The notes under the pieces: model-generated
Told to the model about the DNA's origin: nothing
The model's input: only the letters and a program-made list of their open reading frames with translations
Databases searched by the model: none
Part shown: positions 41,611 through 46,935 of the stretch, piece after piece
How positions within the stretch are numbered: position 1 is the first letter of the stretch
Layout: the number at the start of each line of letters is the position of its first letter
Assembly (NCBI GenBank): GCA_051747665.1
Contig: JBNJGK010000002.1
Span: 2,267-49,201, forward strand
Length of the DNA stretch: 46,935 bases
DNA from: Bacteroidota bacterium
GTDB taxonomy: Bacteria; Bacteroidota; Bacteroidia; Bacteroidales; JAIPAH01
Direction of reading: 5' to 3'
Translations under genes and position numbers: made by a program

Positions 41611-42555
41611 CTAAATTCCGGCTCCATTTGAAAACTTTCCCGGACGCGGACGCTGCTGCGAGACTTTAGAGCCCGGCGGCAAGTTGTGGGTAACCCAGAT
41701 ATTACCTCCAATTACAGAACCTTTACCTACCCTTACAGGGCCAAGCACAGTAGAGTTGGAATAGATAATTACATTGTCTTCCACATCAGGATGACGTTTT
41801 ATACCCTTAATGGGATTTCCGTTTTCATCAGAGGGAAAGCTGCGCGCACCCAAGGTTACACCCTGATAGATTTTAACATGGCTGCCGATAGTGCAGGTCT
41901 CTCCTATCACCACTCCTGTTCCGTGGTCGATAGTGAAAGACTCTCCGATTTTTGCTGCCGGGTGAATGTCAATCCCGGTTTCTGAGTGCGCCATTTCAGT
42001 GATGATACGAGGTATCAGAGGCACATCCAGATTATAAAGGGCATGGGCTATACGGTAATTGGTCACCGCCCTTATTGTCGGATAACTAAAAATCACCTCT
42101 CCATAACTTTTGGCTGCGGGGTCTCCGTCAAAAGTGGCTTTCACATCGCTTGAAAGTTTCTGTCTTATATCAGGCAACTGGTTTAAAAAAGCCGTCGTAA
42201 TCTCAGGAGCCTCGCGGGAACACTTATCACAATCCTGCCTGTTTACCGTCCTGCATTCATAGCATATTCCTCTCTGTATCTGCACACTCAACAGCCTGTT
42301 GATGATATCCAGATTGGCGCCGATATAATAACCTATCGTGCCGGAGCGGAGCGCTGAATTTCCAAAAAATCCCGGGAAAAGCACTTCACGTAGCCGGTCT
42401 ACAATCCGGCTTAGCATTTCCGTAGATGGCATCACATGCTCATGCTCCGGCATATAAACCATCTTGTTTGAGTCAGGACGTGATAATTCCTGAATAATAC
42501 CTTCAAAATCTTCTCTTTCTATATCTTGTACTTTGTTATTCATTTCTTTTTTCAT
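41611..42555 (-). CDS. cysE: Serine O-acetyltransferase (long form)
   Basis: Hexapeptide-repeat region IDIHPAAKIGESFTIDHGTGVVIGETCTIGSHVKIYQGVTLG. It lies immediately downstream of cysK with no intergenic gap. Confidence 0.88.
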   Translation of the reverse strand: MKKEMNNKVQDIEREDFEGIIQELSRPDSNKMVYMPEHEHVMPSTEMLSRIVDRLREVLFPGFFGNSALRSGTIGYYIGANLDIINRLLSVQIQRGICYECRTVNRQDCDKCSREAPEITTAFLNQLPDIRQKLSSDVKATFDGDPAAKSYGEVIFSYPTIRAVTNYRIAHALYNLDVPLIPRIITEMAHSETGIDIHPAAKIGESFTIDHGTGVVIGETCTIGSHVKIYQGVTLGARSFPSDENGNPIKGIKRHPDVEDNVIIYSNSTVLGPVRVGKGSVIGGNIWVTHNLPPGSKVSQQRPRPGKFSNGAGI

Positions 42556-43479
42556 CTATTCAAAACTGTAGAGCGGAGTACTCAAATACCGCTCACCTGT
42601 ATCACAAACTATAAATGCAATGTTTTTACCTTTAAACCGACTTCTCTGCGCTATTTCAGATGCAGCGTAAGCTATAGCGCCCGAGGAAATTCCGCTAAAG
42701 ATTCCCTCTTTCTGCGACAGCAGGCGCGCATATTCAAAAGGCTTTTCATCATCAACCTGAAATATCTCATCCACAACACCGGGCTTATAAACTTCCGGCA
42801 CAAAACCGGCTCCAATTCCCTGTATCTTATGGCTTCCCGGCTCACCACCAGAAAGCACCGCAGAACCTTTAGGCTCTACAGCTACGATATACGCATCGGG
42901 ATTTTTCTCTTTCAGAAACTGCCCTACGCCAGATATCGTTCCGCCTGTTCCGACACCGGCAATAAAAACATCCACCTTCTCTTCCAAATCTTCCCAAATC
43001 TCAGGCCCCGTGGTTTGGTAGTGCATCTTTGCATTATCAGGGTTTGTAAACTGCATGGGGATAAAACTCTTAGGATTTTTTTCCCTGAGCTCCTTTGCTT
43101 TGGCTATAGAGCCTTTCATGCCTTCATCTGACGGGGTAAGCACCACTTCAGCACCGTAAGCCCTGATCAGATTTCTGCGTTCTACACTGGCTCCTTCAGG
43201 CATCGTAACCGTAAGGCGATATCCACGCGATGCTGCCACCATTGCCAAACCAATGCCTGTATTGCCGCTCGTGGGCTCTATGATTTGCGTTTCATTGTCG
43301 ATTAATCCACGCGATTCGGCTCCGGTTATCATCGCCAGTGCCAGACGGTCTTTTACAGACCCGCCCGGGTTCATCGACTCCAGCTTGGCATACAGATTTG
43401 CTTGCTGACTTCCAGGGAGATTATTAAGCTTTACTAACGGTGTTTTGCCTATCAGTGCATCAACTTCAGAATATTTCAT
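42556..43479 (-). CDS. cysK: Cysteine synthase A (O-acetylserine sulfhydrylase)
   Basis: NPGGSVKDRLA (PLP lysine), TSGNTGIGLAMVAA and GVGTGGTISGVG. Confidence 0.93.
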   Translation of the reverse strand: MKYSEVDALIGKTPLVKLNNLPGSQQANLYAKLESMNPGGSVKDRLALAMITGAESRGLIDNETQIIEPTSGNTGIGLAMVAASRGYRLTVTMPEGASVERRNLIRAYGAEVVLTPSDEGMKGSIAKAKELREKNPKSFIPMQFTNPDNAKMHYQTTGPEIWEDLEEKVDVFIAGVGTGGTISGVGQFLKEKNPDAYIVAVEPKGSAVLSGGEPGSHKIQGIGAGFVPEVYKPGVVDEIFQVDDEKPFEYARLLSQKEGIFSGISSGAIAYAASEIAQRSRFKGKNIAFIVCDTGERYLSTPLYSFE

Positions 43480-43577
43480 AACTTAGTATTTGTGAGTTTA
43501 ACAAAGCCACGGGCAATGTGTTTATGCAAAGGTTTGAATAGACTGCAAAAACGCCTACTTTCGCGCAAAGAAATGTC

Positions 43578-44750
43578 ATGAATTCGCAGAAAAAGAGATT
43601 TCAGACCGGCAATGTTGTTTCAGTGTCTGCTGCACACTGGCTGCATGATGTATACTCTTCTTTTCTGGCTCCCTTACGCCCGCTTTTGATAGAAAAATTC
43701 CAGATGTCGCTGCTTTTGTCATCACTGCTGGATGTTTTTCAGCGTGCGCCAAACCTTCTAAACCCGTTCATAGGTTTGATTGCTGACCGCGGTCCGGCCC
43801 GCTATTTCATAATTGTAACACCTGCAATCACAGCCATTACAATGAGTCTGCTGGGTGTAGCCCCGAGCTATGCCATGCTTGCCATTTTACTTCTGGTCAT
43901 GGGCGTCTCAGGCGCACTGTTTCACGTTCCATCGCCGGTAATGATAAAAAAGACTTCCGGAAACCGCACCGGAAAAGGAATGAGTTTTTACATGATGGGG
44001 GGCGAGCTGGCCCGGACAACAGGTCCGCTGGTTATCACAGGGGCAGTGAGTTTGTGGGGGCTGGAAGGTACCTGGCGGCTTATCCCTTTCGGATTAGTAG
44101 CTTCGCTGGTGTTGTATTATCGCATCCGCAAAATCAGGATATCGCAGGAATTCACCAAAAAGCAAACCGACGGCGGCGTAAAAAAAGCCTTAAAGCAAAA
44201 TCAATCCTTTTTATGGATACTGCTGGGCATCATATTTTTCAGAGCCATCGTTAAATCTTCCTTAACAGGATTTTTACCTACTTACTTTTTTACAGAAAAA
44301 GCCCAAACATTATGGTTTTCTAATATTTCCTTATCAGTATTACAGATCGCCGGCGCTGCCGGCACTTTGCTTTCGGGAACCATCTCCGATAAAATCGGCC
44401 GAAAAACCACCCTTATGATTGCCACACTGGCTATTCCGCTTAGCATGTGGCTGTTTATCTGGTCAGAGGGGTTTTTCACAATGCCCTTTTTGGTTTTACT
44501 GGGTTTCTTCGTTTTTGCTCCCGGCCCGGTCATCCTGGCACTGGTGCAGGATATGAAAACGCAACGCCCGGCATTCTTTAACGGAATCTACATGACGCTG
44601 AATTTTGTAAGCAGCTCACTGGCTATAGTCCTGGCCGGCTGGCTGGGTGATATGCTGTCACTGCAAACCACCTACATGATTACCGGAAGCGTGGCGCTTA
44701 TCTCGCTACCCTTTATTCTCATGCTGCCATCAAAAAAGCAAAAACAGTAA
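43578..44750 (+). CDS. MFS transporter
   Basis: 390 aa with about 12 TM segments. The loop motif GLIADRGPARY lies between TM2 and TM3, and DKIGRKT lies in the second half. Confidence 0.8.
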   Translation: MNSQKKRFQTGNVVSVSAAHWLHDVYSSFLAPLRPLLIEKFQMSLLLSSLLDVFQRAPNLLNPFIGLIADRGPARYFIIVTPAITAITMSLLGVAPSYAMLAILLLVMGVSGALFHVPSPVMIKKTSGNRTGKGMSFYMMGGELARTTGPLVITGAVSLWGLEGTWRLIPFGLVASLVLYYRIRKIRISQEFTKKQTDGGVKKALKQNQSFLWILLGIIFFRAIVKSSLTGFLPTYFFTEKAQTLWFSNISLSVLQIAGAAGTLLSGTISDKIGRKTTLMIATLAIPLSMWLFIWSEGFFTMPFLVLLGFFVFAPGPVILALVQDMKTQRPAFFNGIYMTLNFVSSSLAIVLAGWLGDMLSLQTTYMITGSVALISLPFILMLPSKKQKQ

Positions 44751-44851
44751 ACTATCACTGAGGTAAAATGTTAAAAAAGAGCAACCGTGATATGAAAGTC
44801 ATGCCTTTTGCTACAAAAAGCAAAAAACCATACAAACAGAACAATAGATAG

Positions 44852-46264
44852 ATGAAATCAGAAACCTTAAGCGCCAAAAACAAAGCACTTCGTCTTAACC
44901 TCGATTTATCCAACTACGGAACGCTGGCCGAAATCGGTGGTGGACAGGAAACGGCCCGCATTTTCTTTAAAGCCGGCGGCGCATCCGGAACCATTGCCAA
45001 AACCATCTCAGCATACGATAAGGCTTTTTCCAATGAAATATACAACAATGGCAAGCCCGGGCGCTACGTGTCTGAAAGCCGCGTAGATAAAATGCTGCAC
45101 CAGGAATACAAGGAACTGACCAACCTTTTGGGTATCGACCAGAAAAGACGTTTTTTTGCGTTTGCCAATTCCGTGGAAACGCTTAACTATCAAAAAACCA
45201 ATAAACCACACGGCTGGTTGGGTATGCGTTTTCAGCTTCAGCCTAACAGCGAGCCAAACCACGTGATGCTTCATGTGCGTTTGCTGGAAAATGACGCATC
45301 CCTGCAGCAAAGCACACTGGCTATTTTGGGCGTGAATCTGATCTATGCCTGCTATCATTATCATGACCGCCCTAACGTTTTTCTTTCTTCTTTGCTCGAT
45401 AACCTGAGCAGCGACAAAATCGCCATTACTATGGTACGGATGAGCGGCCCGCAACTGGCCTATGTGGATAACCGCCTGCTGGGGGTTCAACTGGTAAAAA
45501 ACGGCATGACACGTGCTATCATGTTCGACCGATACGGCAATGTGCAAGAGCCACACGATATGCTGTACAAAAAGAATGTACTCGCTTTCCGCGGAAGATT
45601 CAGACCCGTTACATATGTTACGCTCGACATTATCCGCGCAAGCATGAAGCTTTTTAAGAAAGACCAGGACTATGAGCCCGACAATACCATCACGCTTTGC
45701 GAAATTACCCTCAACAACCTTATGGAGAAAGGAACATTTGATGAAAAGGATTTCCTTGACCGTGTAGACCAGCTCAACCAAATCGGGCAAAATGTGATGA
45801 TTTCCGATTATAAAGAATTTTACAAGCTGACCGAATATTTTAGCCAGTTCCGCATCCACAATATCCGCATTGTAATTGGTGTTAAAACATTTATGAAAGT
45901 GCTTGACCCGCGCTACTATACAAACCTCAACGGAGGTATTCTGGAAGCTTTCGGGAAGCTCTTTCCGGAGCACATGAAAATGTACCTCTACCCTGCCCTC
46001 GATAAAAATCAGGAAAACCAGATAACATCTGAGAACCTCGACATCCCGCCACATTTAGTAGACTTATACAAATACCTGATTACCAATCGTAAAATCATCG
46101 ATATAGAGCCCGTAGATACATCTTACCTGAAAATCGATTCACGCGATGTGCTTAAGCTCATTGAGCAAGGCAAATCAGACTGGGAAGACTGGGTTCCGGA
46201 TTATGTTACTTCCATGATTAAAAAACGCCGTATGTTCGGATATCATGAAACGGTAGATTCGTGA
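44852..46264 (+). CDS. Conserved-looking soluble protein of unknown function (470 aa)
   Basis: Long ORF with ordinary coding composition. The N-terminal block GTLAEIGGGQETARIFFKAGGASGTIAKTISAYDKAFSNEIY looks like a conserved motif, but I cannot place it in a named family. Confidence 0.6.
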   Translation: MKSETLSAKNKALRLNLDLSNYGTLAEIGGGQETARIFFKAGGASGTIAKTISAYDKAFSNEIYNNGKPGRYVSESRVDKMLHQEYKELTNLLGIDQKRRFFAFANSVETLNYQKTNKPHGWLGMRFQLQPNSEPNHVMLHVRLLENDASLQQSTLAILGVNLIYACYHYHDRPNVFLSSLLDNLSSDKIAITMVRMSGPQLAYVDNRLLGVQLVKNGMTRAIMFDRYGNVQEPHDMLYKKNVLAFRGRFRPVTYVTLDIIRASMKLFKKDQDYEPDNTITLCEITLNNLMEKGTFDEKDFLDRVDQLNQIGQNVMISDYKEFYKLTEYFSQFRIHNIRIVIGVKTFMKVLDPRYYTNLNGGILEAFGKLFPEHMKMYLYPALDKNQENQITSENLDIPPHLVDLYKYLITNRKIIDIEPVDTSYLKIDSRDVLKLIEQGKSDWEDWVPDYVTSMIKKRRMFGYHETVDS

Positions 46265-46335
46265 GAATTATTGGATTAAAGAGTTTATACAGCTTGCTTA
46301 AATGAATTTAGGATACTATCTTTGAATAGTTTTAA

Positions 46336-46575
46336 ATTAAGACCATTATAACATCTTTAGACATAAAAAATCAAATTATACATAAACTCCAATCAATTGA
46401 GGATATATCTTTTTTGGAAGCTGTCAACAAAATTATTGATGCAAAGACCGAAAAAGATGTTATTTATATCAATGATGATTTAAAAAATAAACTTTTGAGC
46501 AGAGAAAAAAAGAGTGATTTCATTTATAATGATAATGCTTTTAAAGAAACTGAGATATGGCTAAACGAAAGGTAG
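46336..46575 (+). CDS. Possible antitoxin-like small ORF lacking a canonical start codon
   Basis: 79-codon open frame (…LDIKNQIIHKLQSIEDISFLEAVNKIID…ETEIWLNER*) ending 1 nt before the ParE-like ATG. It has no in-frame ATG, GTG or TTG near its 5' end. Confidence 0.3.
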   Translation: MKTIITSLDIKNQIIHKLQSIEDISFLEAVNKIIDAKTEKDVIYINDDLKNKLLSREKKSDFIYNDNAFKETEIWLNER

Positions 46576-46576
46576 T

Positions 46577-46874
46577 ATGATCTTCTGAAGCCAAAATTGA
46601 ATTCTTTGAAATTCTAGATTATTACTACCAGCGTAATGGCAATGCAAATTATAGCAAAAAGCTCAATCAAACCATAAGGCAATCCACTATACGGCTTAAA
46701 AAAAACGCCCTATATTGGGAAGAAAACAAATATTGAAAACATTAGATTACTCATAGAAGGAAACTTTTTACTTTTTACTTTTTACTTTTTTATTCTATTC
46801 ATGACACTGAGGTTCGCATTTTAAGCATTGTTGATTCCAGACGAAATCCAGAGGTGATACGATACAAAAAATAG
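46577..46874 (+). pseudogene. ParE/RelE-family toxin pseudogene (multiple frameshifts)
   Basis: Three frame segments together read SSEAKIEFFEILDYYYQRNGNANYSKKLNQTIRQSTIRLKK / PYIGKKTNIENIRLLIEGNFLLF / YSIHDTEVRILSIVDSRRNPEVIRYKK*. The breaks fall right after the ATG, at an A8 tract (46698-46705) and at a heptamer repeat. Confidence 0.6.
46764..46791 (+). repeat. Tandem heptanucleotide repeat (CTTTTTA)x3 + CTTTTTT
   Basis: Read directly at 46764-46770, 46771-46777, 46778-46784 and 46785-46791. Two units would restore the ParE-like reading frame. Confidence 0.9.
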
Positions 46875-46935
46875 GTTGATTATCTTATGCTTCGGTTAAG
46901 ATGAGTTCTTTTCCCCTCATCCCCAGCCCCTTCCC

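Noticed and set aside
45008-46054. 348-aa minus-strand ORF inside the 470-aa hypothetical gene
   Set aside because: It is antisense to a longer ORF with more protein-like composition. The translation is rich in His, Phe, Val and Ile runs with no motifs. I judged it a shadow ORF, with somewhat less certainty because the sense gene itself is unassigned.
46891-46935. C-rich terminal sequence (…cccctcatccccagccccttccc) that resembles short dispersed repeat elements
   Set aside because: It is truncated by the window edge, so no second copy or boundaries are available to support a call.

Overview
This window looks like a chromosomal segment from a Bacteroidota-type, probably anaerobic, genome. That placement is an inference from a TonB-dependent receptor, a DUF4154 gene, a long-form CysE and several perfect TAnnTTTG -7 promoter boxes. 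All family calls come from reading the translated ORFs and recalling family motifs; no searches were run. The main feature is a 17-gene, ~21.5 kb, same-strand, translationally coupled operon (17933-39429). It encodes two complete three-subunit molybdenum hydroxylases and clear homologues of E. coli SsnA, YgfK, YgeY and YgeW. It also encodes an allantoinase-like cyclic amidohydrolase, MocA, XdhC, a DUF364 protein, two atypical fold-type-II PLP enzymes and an 8-oxoguanine-deaminase-like amidohydrolase. This is a variant of the 'selenium-dependent molybdenum hydroxylase' / anaerobic urate-purine catabolism neighbourhood, but with a gene complement unlike the E. coli and Clostridia versions. No DAP ammonia-lyase, carbamate kinase, nucleobase permease, regulator, YqeC or SelD is visible in the window. 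Upstream lie an ABC-2 exporter with a LolA-like protein, a DUF4154(YfiR-like)-TonB receptor-histidine kinase-LuxR regulator operon, and a GT2 fused to a gutted phosphoglycosyltransferase-like domain. These are followed by a 434-nt convergent intergenic region carrying four tandem hairpin units, mgtE, a DoxX-like gene, rpe, and a Tat-DUF362 plus membrane polyferredoxin pair. Downstream lie a PAP2 phosphatase, a truncated haemoglobin-Fur-ArsC/Spx trio, cysE-cysK, an MFS transporter, an unassigned 470-aa protein, and a decayed ParE-type toxin-antitoxin remnant with repeat-mediated frameshifts. No rRNA, tRNA, CRISPR array, transposase or integrase was seen.
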